From: an uncultured delta proteobacterium
GTDB lineage: Bacteria > Desulfobacterota > BSN033 > UBA1163
Reading direction: 5' to 3'
Length of the DNA: 64,000 nucleotides
Assembly: GCA_963827685.1 (NCBI GenBank)
Contig: CAWHBU010000003.1
Coordinates: forward strand, 320,001 to 384,000
The first letter of the stretch is position 1. Every line of letters begins with the position of its first letter. Below the pieces are notes generated by a model, which searched no databases, was not told the DNA's origin, and was given only the letters and a program-made list of their open reading frames with translations. Of the stretch, positions 9,920 to 19,729 are shown piece by piece. A program made the position numbers and the translations under genes.

Positions 9920-11514
9920 CAGTCTGTTGAAAAACTAAGCATTTATCAGCAACCCTGAAGAAAATATTGAGTTCGAAACCTGAAAAGAGTCATCAAACCA
10001 AATAATTTAGAAAATGTCTTTGAAAGAAACGATTCCCCAAGCTGTTGGGCCACCTGGGCTTGCTTTGTGTATCCTCCTTTGGATAACAGCTTTACCATCC
10101 TTTTTATATTCTGCGCTGTCGCCGTCATTAATACCTGTTCTCTGATAAACTTCCGCCTCCGGAATTTAGCCCTCCTCAGTCCCATCCACTCCTTTGCTTC
10201 TCCAAATAGCTCCTCAATCCTCTTCCTCATCCTCTGCGATATCCGATAAGCCCTTGTTTGATTGATTTGCCTCGCTTGATTGATAAACTCCTCATAAATG
10301 TGATAACTGAGTGATCTGGACCTGTCCCTCGTACACTCCGCCTTCCTCGAACACACTTTGCAATCCTTCGCCCTCGCCCTATAGACATGCTGCTTACTGG
10401 GTTTATGAATTCCCCAATATTTCAACTCCTTCCCCGACGGACAGAGAAACCGGTTTTCACCCGGATCAAAGCTAAATTGTTCTATCGAGTAGATCCCTCG
10501 ATCGTTTTGACTCCGAGAATCCATGATTGGAATGTGAGGCTGTACCTTCTCTTTGACCAGTGCATTGATAAATTCTCCCGTGGAGTACCCCTTATCTGCT
10601 CCTAAGCTCTCCGGCTTTATCCCAAAAGCAAATGGAATCCTTCGTATCTGCTTCAACGCCTTTTCGCAGTCAGTTTTCCGATCTGGTTTTCCCACATCCG
10701 CCCCTACGATGATCCGGCTCCGGTTGTCCATGATATAGGTCACTCCATGATAAAGTTGGGTGTTTGCTTTCAACGATTTCCTTGCCAGACGGGCATCCGG
10801 ATCGGTCTTGGACCGATGAGTCCCATTGCTTATTTTCTGACCCCGATGGGGATAGTCGTCCCCAGGCTCCCAAGGCTCTTCTGTTACAGGGTTTTCTCTC
10901 TCTAATTTCTCTATGTATTCTCCTGTCCCCATGGTCACCACTATTGGTTCTAGACTCTTTAAGGCCGCATTGGCTTGTACATAGGTGCTGTCCACCGTCA
11001 GATGCTTTCCTGTTAACAACCCCTGAGAGACACATTGATTCACAATCTCGTCAAAGATTCTCTGAAATAGATCGCTCTCTGAAAACCGCTCATGCCGATT
11101 CTTGGAGAAGGTCGAATGATCTGGCACCTTGTCTTCAAGGTTCAAGCCCACAAACCACCTGTACCCAATGTGCATCTGTACTTCTTCGCATAGGCGACGC
11201 TCTGATGTGATTCCATACAGATACCCAATTAAAAGCATCCTGAGTAATACCTCCGGATCAATCGATGGACGCCCTGTATGACTGTATAGATGCTTCACTT
11301 TGTCCCGAATGAATTTTAGATCGATATGTCTGTCGATCAATCTTAGAAGATGGTTCTCTGGAACGATATCTTCCATCCGGACATAGTAGAACATGCGCTC
11401 ACTTCGTGGGTTTTCTCCTAACAATGGCTCCTCCTTTATTCAAAAGTTGCCATATTCTACCATTGTGATATATTAAAGCAAAGAATTTATTGAATAGAGT
11501 TTTTCAACAGACTG
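9920..11514 (-). mobile_element. IS1182-family insertion sequence
   Basis: Perfect 17-bp IRs cagtctgttgaaaaact (9920-9936) and agtttttcaacagactg (11498-11514). 4-bp target duplication TCAA at 9916-9919 and 11515-11518. Confidence 0.92.
9946..11424 (-). CDS. IS1182-family DDE transposase
   Basis: GRPSIDP, YLYGITSERRL, PDHSTFSKNR, VDST, ADKGY, CP...C..C...C zinc region and RKRIEELFGEAK. Confidence 0.93.
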   Translation of the reverse strand: MLGENPRSERMFYYVRMEDIVPENHLLRLIDRHIDLKFIRDKVKHLYSHTGRPSIDPEVLLRMLLIGYLYGITSERRLCEEVQMHIGYRWFVGLNLEDKVPDHSTFSKNRHERFSESDLFQRIFDEIVNQCVSQGLLTGKHLTVDSTYVQANAALKSLEPIVVTMGTGEYIEKLERENPVTEEPWEPGDDYPHRGQKISNGTHRSKTDPDARLARKSLKANTQLYHGVTYIMDNRSRIIVGADVGKPDRKTDCEKALKQIRRIPFAFGIKPESLGADKGYSTGEFINALVKEKVQPHIPIMDSRSQNDRGIYSIEQFSFDPGENRFLCPSGKELKYWGIHKPSKQHVYRARAKDCKVCSRKAECTRDRSRSLSYHIYEEFINQARQINQTRAYRISQRMRKRIEELFGEAKEWMGLRRAKFRRRKFIREQVLMTATAQNIKRMVKLLSKGGYTKQAQVAQQLGESFLSKTFSKLFGLMTLFRFRTQYFLQGC

Positions 11515-11650
11515 TCAAGCCTTAACCCCCAAACCTCAAGCTTTAAAAGTGATCTCATTTTATTTCATTGTATTTAAAAGTCAAGCTCTGAATCGATTCG
11601 CCCAAGACATAGGAGACATGAGACGGTCTGAGAATGATCATCGTTTCCCT

Positions 11651-11679
11651 TGACAAATCTACCCAATCTCGTTAGAAAA
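11651..11679 (+). promoter_or_regulatory. Putative sigma70 promoter for the DUF47 gene
   Basis: TTGACA-N17-TAGAAA. Confidence 0.45.
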
Positions 11680-11736
11680 TGAGCAATCCCTAAATCAGAG
11701 GAGCCGGGGATAAAGTTGGATTAAAGGGAGAAAAGG

Positions 11737-12351
11737 TTGGGCTTAAAGGACCGGATCTTTCCAAAAGAGAGTAACTTTCGTAAGATGCTTTCTGACCAGG
11801 CCTCTAAAACACTTGAAGGAATTGAAGCATTAGGAAACTTTGTCAGAAACCAGAGTCCGGAAAATGCAAATCGGGTGAAGGAAATTGAGAGGGAGGCCGA
11901 TGAACTTCGAAGGATCCTCGTTGAAGAACTTCATCGGACCTTTGTCACCCCAATGGATCGGGAGGATATCTATGCCCTCTCAAGGGCGATTGATGATATC
12001 ATGGACTATGCCAATTCCACTGTGGATGAAATGAAGATTTACGAGGTGTCTTCCGAGGAGCATCTCCGGGAGATGGTGGACATTCTAGGAAAAGCATCCC
12101 GTGAAATTAACGATGCCGTTAAAATCTTAGAAACTTATCCCAACATTGCCATGCAACACGCCGTTAAAGCCAAGTCTTATGAGAATGCCATGGAGAAGGC
12201 CTATCATTCAGCCCTCGCCGATCTGTTCAAAAAGACGGATACTGTCTATATGCTGAAGATGAGGGAGATCTATCGACACCTCAGTAATGCTGCCGACCGA
12301 AGTGACGAAGCGGCCAACATCATCTGTAGCGTCGTGATGAAGGCAACCTAA
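11737..12351 (+). CDS. DUF47 / PhoU-like phosphate transport regulator
   Basis: EREADELRR..ELHRTFVTPMDREDIYALSRAIDDIMD and EIYRHLSNAADR. Confidence 0.9.
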   Translation: MGLKDRIFPKESNFRKMLSDQASKTLEGIEALGNFVRNQSPENANRVKEIEREADELRRILVEELHRTFVTPMDREDIYALSRAIDDIMDYANSTVDEMKIYEVSSEEHLREMVDILGKASREINDAVKILETYPNIAMQHAVKAKSYENAMEKAYHSALADLFKKTDTVYMLKMREIYRHLSNAADRSDEAANIICSVVMKAT

Positions 12352-12558
12352 GCAATGAATTCGAATAGCCAAATTCCAATTACCAAGTAAATCCCATTTA
12401 CCCTATGTCCCCTTAACCAAAACCCATCTTATCCGTCCGTGTTTAGGATTTTGGCCGTTGAAATTTTGGTTATGATTCGATCATCGGTGCTTGGCTATTG
12501 ATTACTCATCGATTTATTGAGCGTGTCTGTTATAATATAATAGGGTTAGGGGCCGTAA

Positions 12559-14079
12559 ATGGATATCAAAACAGAAGTATTGATCGTCGGAGGTGGGGCG
12601 ACCGGTGTCGGCATCCTGAGGGATCTGTCGTTGAGAGGAATCCCTTGCCTTTTGATTGAAAAGGGGGATTTTGCCTCCGGTGCCTCGGGTCGAAATCATG
12701 GACTCTTCCACAGTGGTGGAAGATATGCTGTCTCGGATCCTGAGGCGGCACGCGAATGCATTGCTGAGAATAAGATTCTTAGAGAGATTGCTCCTCACTG
12801 TGTTGAAGAAACAGATGGCCTTTTTATCTCCCTTCCTGAGGATGGTCTCGATTTCAGAGATAAATTTCTTCGAGCCAGTCAAGACGTAGGAATTCATACC
12901 ACCCTTCTCGCTCGGGATGAAGCCCTTGAATTAGAACCTAAACTCCATCCCAATCTTCTCAGTGCTGTGGAGGTGCCGGATGGAGCGATCGATCCGTTTG
13001 CCTTGGTTTTAGAAAATGCCAAAGATGCAGAGGGACATGGAGCAAAAATCCTTCTTCATACAGAGATGAGTTCGCTGATTTTTGACGGAGATAAAGTAAA
13101 AGGGGCGAAGATAAAAGATCTCCTCCAGGGCGAGGAATACTCCATTGAGGCTTCCACCATCGTCAATGCCACAGGAGCCTGGACAAATCAATTCCTCAAA
13201 CTCGCCGGCCTTCGCATCAACATGGCCCTCTCTAAGGGATCTATGCTGATCACCAACCAGAGGCTTAATCATCGTGTCATCAATCGCTGCAGACCTCCTG
13301 CAGATGGCGATATCGTCGTCCCAAACCATACGGTATCCATCCTCGGAACCACATCCATTCGTTTGGAAGAGGTCGAAAATTTTGAAGTCACTCCCCGAGA
13401 GGTCTCCCTCCTCATTCAGGAGACATCAAAGATGATCCCGGCCATCCGAGAGACCCGGTTCATTCGGGTCTATGCAGGCATCAGACCTTTATTTCAATTC
13501 GAGCAGAGTGGGAATGATCGAGCGGTCAGCCGCGGATTTGCACTGATCGATCATGGGAAAAGAGACGGCATAAAGAATTTGATCACCATCACCGGGGGTA
13601 AATTGGTGACTTATCGGCTGATGGCAGAGAAAACTTCTGACCTCATCTGCCAAAAGATGGGATGCGACGTCTCCTGTTCTACCCATTTAAAACCGCTTCC
13701 CGGCGCAAGCCAACCCACTCATCTCATAGAAAGGTTGAAACAATTCTCAACAGATAGAGGAGAGACCCTTTGCGACTGCGAGCTGGTTCAAAGGAAAGAA
13801 GTCGAAGAGTTTTTGAAGGAAGGAAAATTAAAGGACTTTCAAGACATCCTTCGCCGGACACGTCTCGCCAAAGGGACATGTCAAGGGGGTTTTTGTGTCT
13901 ATCGCCTTTTTGGAGTCCTACACGACTTAGGATTGATACAAGGAGATTCCAATAAATTATTAGGAGAATTTCTTGAGGAGCGATGGAAAGGGATCCGCCC
14001 AATTCTCTGGGGGGCAGCCATGAAAGAAGAAGAATTGATTGAATCGATCTATAAAGGAATTTTTAATCTTAACCTCTGA
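12559..14079 (+). CDS. glpA: Anaerobic glycerol-3-phosphate dehydrogenase subunit A
   Basis: GGGATG FAD motif, GASGRNHGLFHSGGRYAV, GGKLVTYRLMAE and C-terminal CDCE..GTCQGGFC [2Fe-2S] region. Confidence 0.93.
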   Translation: MDIKTEVLIVGGGATGVGILRDLSLRGIPCLLIEKGDFASGASGRNHGLFHSGGRYAVSDPEAARECIAENKILREIAPHCVEETDGLFISLPEDGLDFRDKFLRASQDVGIHTTLLARDEALELEPKLHPNLLSAVEVPDGAIDPFALVLENAKDAEGHGAKILLHTEMSSLIFDGDKVKGAKIKDLLQGEEYSIEASTIVNATGAWTNQFLKLAGLRINMALSKGSMLITNQRLNHRVINRCRPPADGDIVVPNHTVSILGTTSIRLEEVENFEVTPREVSLLIQETSKMIPAIRETRFIRVYAGIRPLFQFEQSGNDRAVSRGFALIDHGKRDGIKNLITITGGKLVTYRLMAEKTSDLICQKMGCDVSCSTHLKPLPGASQPTHLIERLKQFSTDRGETLCDCELVQRKEVEEFLKEGKLKDFQDILRRTRLAKGTCQGGFCVYRLFGVLHDLGLIQGDSNKLLGEFLEERWKGIRPILWGAAMKEEELIESIYKGIFNLNL

Positions 14080-14150
14080 TCCCCAATTTAGGAATTCAGG
14101 GATTAAGGAATTTAGGGATTCGCAATTCCTCAATTCCTGAATTCCCAATC
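14080..14150. repeat. Degenerate 8-9-mer palindromic intergenic repeat
   Basis: ggaattcagggattaaggaatttagggatt followed by complementary aattcctcaattcctgaattccc. Confidence 0.7.
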
Positions 14151-14157
14151 AAGAAAG

Positions 14158-15381
14158 ATGTCTTACGATTTCATTGTCATTGGAATGGGACTTTCAGGGC
14201 TGATGGCCGCCAAAACGGCTGCTGAAGCCGGGCAAAAGGTCCTCATCGTCGGAAAGGGGATGGGCTCTCTCTATCTCTTTTCCAATACGATCGATCTCTT
14301 GGGAAGCCTCCCTAAAGGAAAGAGAGTAGGAGAAGGCCTTTCCCAATGGGTAAAAGATCATCCCAAACATCCCTATTCTAAAATGGGCCCAGAAAAAATT
14401 GAGGAAGCCCTTTCTTCCTTTCTATCTCTCTTTCCAGTTCCTTATTCTTTTCAAACCATTGGAAATCGAAATTGCCTTATCCCAACGGGTGCAGGAACAC
14501 TTCGACCCACATATTTCATCCCAGTAACCATGGTCGCAGGAACCTCACTCAATGAAGGAAATGGGCTGATCGTCGGGTTCAAAGGCTTTAAGGATTTCTA
14601 TGCTCACTATGTGGCCGATCAACTTAAGTGTCGAGGCGCTACCCTCACCCTTCCTGATGTCCGGGATCAGGAAATGACAGCTACTACCCTGGCAAGGTTA
14701 ATGGAAAAAGAATCTTTTAGAGAAAACATTGGCAGGGAGATTAAGAAGCAACTCCATCATGAAACCCAGGTTGGTTTTCCTGCCCTCTTAGGATTGCACA
14801 ATCCCACCCAGGTCAAGGAAGACTTAGAGGGCATCATGGGTGCTAACGTCTTCGAAATCCCTATCCTGCCTCCATCGATTCCGGGGATAAGAATCTTCAA
14901 CCGCTTTAAAGAATGGCTGATCCGGAAGGGAGTCACTTTTCTCCCGGGCTATTCCATTTCTAAGGCGATTATTAAGGGGAAAAGGTGTGAAGGGGTGGAA
15001 ATGATTCATCCTCCTGTGATCACTTCCTATTCTGCTGATCGTTATATCCTGGCCACAGGCCGCTTTGTGGGAGGGGGGCTGGTGGCCAGCGACGAGAGAA
15101 TTTCCGAACCGATCTTCAGTCTCCCTGTTGCCCAACCAAAATCACGCGAGGACTGGTTCGGAAAATATTTTTTTAACCCTCTTCCCCATCCAGTGCATGA
15201 AGCGGGCATTTTGGTCGATTCGTCATTTCGGCCGACAGACGAAAACGGGAATCCAATATTAGAAAATGTATGGGCGGCGGGTTCGATCTTAGCCCATCAT
15301 CATTGCATCGGCGAAAAATCAAGAGAAGGGATTGAGATAGCTACCGGATATATGGCAGCCCAATGTGCTTTGAAACGTTGA
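14158..15381 (+). CDS. glpB: Anaerobic glycerol-3-phosphate dehydrogenase subunit B
   Basis: GMGLSG, PTGAGTLRPT, EIPILPPSIPGIR, LATGRFVGGGL, GIEIATGY. Follows glpA. Confidence 0.92.
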   Translation: MSYDFIVIGMGLSGLMAAKTAAEAGQKVLIVGKGMGSLYLFSNTIDLLGSLPKGKRVGEGLSQWVKDHPKHPYSKMGPEKIEEALSSFLSLFPVPYSFQTIGNRNCLIPTGAGTLRPTYFIPVTMVAGTSLNEGNGLIVGFKGFKDFYAHYVADQLKCRGATLTLPDVRDQEMTATTLARLMEKESFRENIGREIKKQLHHETQVGFPALLGLHNPTQVKEDLEGIMGANVFEIPILPPSIPGIRIFNRFKEWLIRKGVTFLPGYSISKAIIKGKRCEGVEMIHPPVITSYSADRYILATGRFVGGGLVASDERISEPIFSLPVAQPKSREDWFGKYFFNPLPHPVHEAGILVDSSFRPTDENGNPILENVWAAGSILAHHHCIGEKSREGIEIATGYMAAQCALKR

Positions 15382-15514
15382 GAAGAAAAAGAACCGTCGG
15401 TGATTGCATACATGCTAAATGCAGTGATCGTTATCAAATCTCAATTACCAAGCACCAAAAACCAAATAATGACCAAAATTCTGGAAACATAATGATAAAC
15501 ATGAGTTTTGGTTA

Positions 15515-16567
15515 GCTGCATTCAACAGTGAAGTGCAACACATGAGCCCAAAACTTCATTGGGCGTTCGATAATTGAGGCATTTTCGTGGCCTCGTATTA
15601 AGTAAAGTTTCGACGCGTTTGACTTGTTCTTTGGGAACCAGATTAAAATCCGCCTTCTTGGGGAAGAAGCGTCGGATCAGCCCGATGGCATTTTCGATAG
15701 AAGTCTTTTCCCAACTATGGAAGGGTTCACAGAAGTAGGATTGGGTTCCCAACACCTTGTTAGTATACTCATGCTCCACGTTTTCGCAACCATTATCATA
15801 GGTGATAGAGCGGAGAAGGGGTTGGGGGTAACGGCTGAGTCTGCGAGTGAGGGCACATCGCAAGTTCTGTGAGGTCTTGGCAGCCAATTTGGCCAAGTGC
15901 AGGTGTCTACTGGTTCTCTCAAGGGCTACCGCTAAAGCGGCCTTACTTGTTCGGGAGATTAACGTATCAGCTTCCCAATGGCCGGGTTGGATCCGGGTTT
16001 GGACCTCCAGGGGACGCTCTTTGATGGAGATCCGTCGTGGAATATGGAGTGTCTTATGCCGGTGCGAATGGGTACGGAGTCTACGGCGCTTGTGAGCCCG
16101 AGTCAGATAGGGCACCAGGTTCTGCTTCGTAGGGATCGATTTATCATAGATGAATTGATAAATGGCCTCATGGCTGATACGAAGGTCTGGATATTCTAAA
16201 GAAAGTCTTCCTGAAATCAGTTCGGGAGACCATTTGAGCTTGAGCTTTTTCATGATATACCTACGGATCAAAGGATTGCGTATTCGCTGTCGTTGGACGG
16301 ATTCATGTTTTCGTTTAACGGCTCTTTCATGGGCCCTATTGGCCAAGTAAACGTTGTAGATGGGCGATCGGTTACGCTTGAGTTCTCGTGAAATGGAACC
16401 TTTGTTTCGCCCGATACTCTCGGCTATCTCCGAGATGCTTTTACCTCGTGCGTGAAGATATGCAATTTTGTCTCTCTCTTCACTGGAGAGATGTTGATAG
16501 TTTAGCTTTTCCATACACTTAGGATACTACGTCACCCTAAGTGTTGCACTTCATTATTGAACTGGCG
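15515..16567 (-). mobile_element. IS30-family insertion sequence between glpB and glpC
   Basis: 26-bp imperfect IRs gctgcattcaacagtgaagtgcaaca and tgttgcacttcattattgaactggcg. 3-bp duplication TTA at 15512-15514 and 16568-16570. Confidence 0.9.
15522..16514 (-). CDS. IS30-family transposase
   Basis: HTH SISRELKRN, WSPELI, GHWEADT, SITYDNGCE, LNTRPRKCLNYRTPNE. The stop lies inside the IR. Confidence 0.95.
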   Translation of the reverse strand: MEKLNYQHLSSEERDKIAYLHARGKSISEIAESIGRNKGSISRELKRNRSPIYNVYLANRAHERAVKRKHESVQRQRIRNPLIRRYIMKKLKLKWSPELISGRLSLEYPDLRISHEAIYQFIYDKSIPTKQNLVPYLTRAHKRRRLRTHSHRHKTLHIPRRISIKERPLEVQTRIQPGHWEADTLISRTSKAALAVALERTSRHLHLAKLAAKTSQNLRCALTRRLSRYPQPLLRSITYDNGCENVEHEYTNKVLGTQSYFCEPFHSWEKTSIENAIGLIRRFFPKKADFNLVPKEQVKRVETLLNTRPRKCLNYRTPNEVLGSCVALHC

Positions 16568-16646
16568 TTATTGGAAATTGGTATTTGGAATTTATTTGGA
16601 ATTTGTAATTTGAAATTGCAGCAAAGGCTTGATTGAGTACCTTCTT

Positions 16647-17858
16647 ATGAAAGAGTCGAAAAAAGTGCATTGGCCTCAGAATAACGCTGATGTTTGCATT
16701 CGCTGTGCTACCTGTATGGCGGTCTGCCCTGTCTCACGGGTGACCCCACAATTTCCAGGGCCCAAACAAGCGGGTCCTGGTGCTGAACGATTTCGGGTGC
16801 CTGCTGAACCTTCTGTGGATCAATGGATTGACCTTTGCATTGGATGCCATCTCTGCGACATGGTCTGTTCCTCTGGCGTAAATATCTCAGAACTGAATCT
16901 CATCGCCAAGGCAAAATATTTAGATGAGAAGGGAAGACCCCTTCGGGATTGGCTTCTCACCCATTCCTATCTCTACGGTTGGCTTGGATCCCTTCTATCC
17001 TCCCTCGTCAATGTTTTTTTCAGAAATCCTTTTATCAAAGGGATGACGGAGGCTATTCTAAGGATAGACAGAAGAAGAGATCTCCCCAGCTATGAATCTC
17101 TCACTTTCAGGCAATGGTTTAAAGAACACCATTCAAAAGGCAGTAAAAAAGTTGCCTATTTTTATGGCTGCTATACCAATACTAATGAGGTCGATGTCGG
17201 AAAAGCAGCGGTTCAAGTCCTCGAGGCCAATGGGTTTGAAGTCATCCTTCCTCCTCAGCGGTGCTGTGGCATTCCCATGCTCGGCAATGGAGATTTTAGA
17301 GGGGCAAAAAAAATGGGCCTTTATAATGTCCCTTCCTTGCTTAAGACGATTGGCTCAGGTTCTGACATCATCTTTTCTTCATCCAGTTGCGGCCATATGA
17401 TCAAACACGAATATAGCCACCTGCTCTCCATCCCCGATGCGGATGAGGTGGCCAAACATATTTTTGACATCTTTGAGTTTCTGAGGAATTTAAGAGAATC
17501 GAATGGTTTTAATGCCCATTTCAACGAACAGCCCTTGAAAGTAGCCTATTTTGCTCCATGCCATTTAAGAGTCTTGGGTATTGGTCTCCCTGCCCTTGAA
17601 ATTCTCCGACTCATTCCGGGTCTTAAAATTGACAATGTCGAGGCGGATTGCTGCGGAATGGGTGGGACCTTTGGTTTCAAAAAAGAGAAATATGAGATCT
17701 CTCAGGAGATCGGAAGGGATTTAGCGGAAGCGATTGATCGTTTAAACCCTGAAATCGTCCTTTCTGACTGTGAAGGCTGTCGCATGCAAATCCGCCATCT
17801 CACCGGGCTGAAGGTTCTCCATCCTGTCCAGATATTAAGAGACGCATTGACGCGGTGA
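16647..17858 (+). CDS. glpC: Anaerobic glycerol-3-phosphate dehydrogenase subunit C
   Basis: Two CxxCxxCxxxC ferredoxin motifs, FPGPKQAGP and two CCG domains. Start taken at ATG 16647. Confidence 0.92.
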   Translation: MKESKKVHWPQNNADVCIRCATCMAVCPVSRVTPQFPGPKQAGPGAERFRVPAEPSVDQWIDLCIGCHLCDMVCSSGVNISELNLIAKAKYLDEKGRPLRDWLLTHSYLYGWLGSLLSSLVNVFFRNPFIKGMTEAILRIDRRRDLPSYESLTFRQWFKEHHSKGSKKVAYFYGCYTNTNEVDVGKAAVQVLEANGFEVILPPQRCCGIPMLGNGDFRGAKKMGLYNVPSLLKTIGSGSDIIFSSSSCGHMIKHEYSHLLSIPDADEVAKHIFDIFEFLRNLRESNGFNAHFNEQPLKVAYFAPCHLRVLGIGLPALEILRLIPGLKIDNVEADCCGMGGTFGFKKEKYEISQEIGRDLAEAIDRLNPEIVLSDCEGCRMQIRHLTGLKVLHPVQILRDALTR

Positions 17859-17902
17859 TACGGAGAGAGTGACGCGGAGAGAAGAATCACCGTGTCGCCC
17901 CA

Positions 17903-18691
17903 TCACCCTATCAATAAGTTTCCGACGTCGGCGATGCTTTGAAAGACAAAGTCAGGCTGAGTGGAAGTGTGTTTGGATTCCTTGAGAGTCTTTTCGTCAG
18001 TGACACCTGTCAAAACGATGCCAGTAGCAATTCCAAAATCTTTCCCCATTTTGATATCGGTCTCCAGGCGGTCTCCAATCAGGATACAATCTTCAGGCAT
18101 CAATCCCATCACGTCCAAGGCCGCTTGAATCATGATGGGAGAGGGTTTGCCCACGATGACCTCAACCTTCTTTTCAGTTACTGCCTCAATGGCTGCAATC
18201 ATCCCGGCGCAGTCTGGGATTTCTCCTCCTTCTACCGGGCAGGTCCGGTCGGGGTTGGTGGCAACAAAATGGGCTCCCAGTTTGATGGCCTGGAAGGCAA
18301 TATTAAGTTTTTGGTAATCAAATGTCCGATCAAACGCCACGACCACATATTCGATCTCTTTGGGCTCATCGGTGATTTGAAAGCCGGCTCTTTTCAGCTC
18401 TTCAATAAAAGGCGTCTCCCCTACTACAAAGAGTCTGACCTGAGGAGCAATCTTCTTGAGATAATTGGTCATTACAAAGGTGGAATTGATCACTTCATCA
18501 GGTTGAGCAGGGATGCCGAGCCGGGTCAGTTTGGAGGCATAATCCTCCCGGGTTTGGATAGGTTTATTGGAAAGGAAAACAACTTTCCTCTTATGTTCTC
18601 GGAGCAGCCGGATCACACCCTCTGCCCCACGGATGAGCTGATTGCTTCGATAGATCGTCCCATCCAGATCGAAGATAAATCCTTTAAACAT
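17903..18691 (-). CDS. HAD-IIA (NagD-like) phosphatase
   Basis: Real start likely MFKGFIFDLDGT. Also LSN, NPD, GKPS and GDRLETDI. The upstream part of the track ORF overlaps PiT and is spurious. Confidence 0.9.
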   Translation of the reverse strand: MFKGFIFDLDGTIYRSNQLIRGAEGVIRLLREHKRKVVFLSNKPIQTREDYASKLTRLGIPAQPDEVINSTFVMTNYLKKIAPQVRLFVVGETPFIEELKRAGFQITDEPKEIEYVVVAFDRTFDYQKLNIAFQAIKLGAHFVATNPDRTCPVEGGEIPDCAGMIAAIEAVTEKKVEVIVGKPSPIMIQAALDVMGLMPEDCILIGDRLETDIKMGKDFGIATGIVLTGVTDEKTLKESKHTSTQPDFVFQSIADVGNLLIG

Positions 18692-18708
18692 CCTCCACAC
18701 CTTTTCTC

Positions 18709-19728
18709 CTATCCTCTTTGGACGTAAAAGAGAATCTTTTGAATTAAATGGAAACTTAATCCGGCCATCACGGCCGAGGCTGGAATAGTAATAAACCAAG
18801 CCAGGATAATATTCCTCACTACTCCCCATCGTACGGCTGAGATCCTCTGGCCAGCTCCAACACCCATGATGCTGGAAGAGACGACATGTGTCGTGGATAC
18901 TGGACCTCCCACCAACGCAGCCCCTAAAATGACTGTTGCTGAGGAAGTTTGAGCGCAGAATGCATGAACAGACCTCAGACGATAAATTTTTGAACCCACG
19001 GTCTTCATGATTCGCCATCCTCCGGTTGCTGTTCCAAGAGCTGTTGCCGCACCACAACTTGCAATAGCCCAAAAGGGAGCATGAAAGCTGGTAGAAAACC
19101 CAAGGATGACAAGAGACAATGCGATCAGACCAATCGATTTTTGTACATCATTGGAACCATGGCTGAGGGCAAGGGCAATCGAAGAAGGAATTTGCATCCG
19201 GTTGAAGAAGTAATTTACCTTAGGAGTAGCATTTCGAAAGATACGAAGAGTCATCTTTAGAAAAAGCATACCGAAAACTAACCCCAGCAAAGGTGAAATC
19301 ACAAGGGAAGCGAGGACATAAAGGAGTCCCCCCCACAGAATTTTATCTGGCCCGTAAGCGATCAGCACAGCCCCTACCATTCCTCCAACCAATGCATGTG
19401 AAGAACTTGAAGGGAAACCGAAGAACCAGGTAATCAGGTTCCACAGGATGGCTCCAACGAGAGCGGCAATCAGGAAGGCTGCAGAAATATGGATAGACAT
19501 TGGATCGTGGGCAGGAAGGTTTATAATACCTTCCCCTATGGTCTTAGCCACAGCGCTTCCTAAAAAAAGGGGGGCAATAAACTCACAGGCAGCCGCTATG
19601 AGAAGAGCTTTTCTTGAAGAAATAGCCCTGGTCATAATAATCGTTGATACAACATTCGCAGCGTCATGAAAACCATTGGAGTAGGCAAAGAAAAGAGCAA
19701 GCAAAATGACGATGGCGGCCAACCACAT
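18709..19728 (-). CDS. Inorganic phosphate transporter, PiT family
   Basis: NGFHDAAN, PSSSSHALVGG, HGSNDVQK and PVSTTH. ATG 19728 directly follows the permease stop. Confidence 0.92.
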   Translation of the reverse strand: MWLAAIVILLALFFAYSNGFHDAANVVSTIIMTRAISSRKALLIAAACEFIAPLFLGSAVAKTIGEGIINLPAHDPMSIHISAAFLIAALVGAILWNLITWFFGFPSSSSHALVGGMVGAVLIAYGPDKILWGGLLYVLASLVISPLLGLVFGMLFLKMTLRIFRNATPKVNYFFNRMQIPSSIALALSHGSNDVQKSIGLIALSLVILGFSTSFHAPFWAIASCGAATALGTATGGWRIMKTVGSKIYRLRSVHAFCAQTSSATVILGAALVGGPVSTTHVVSSSIMGVGAGQRISAVRWGVVRNIILAWFITIPASAVMAGLSFHLIQKILFYVQRG

Positions 19729-19729
19729 T

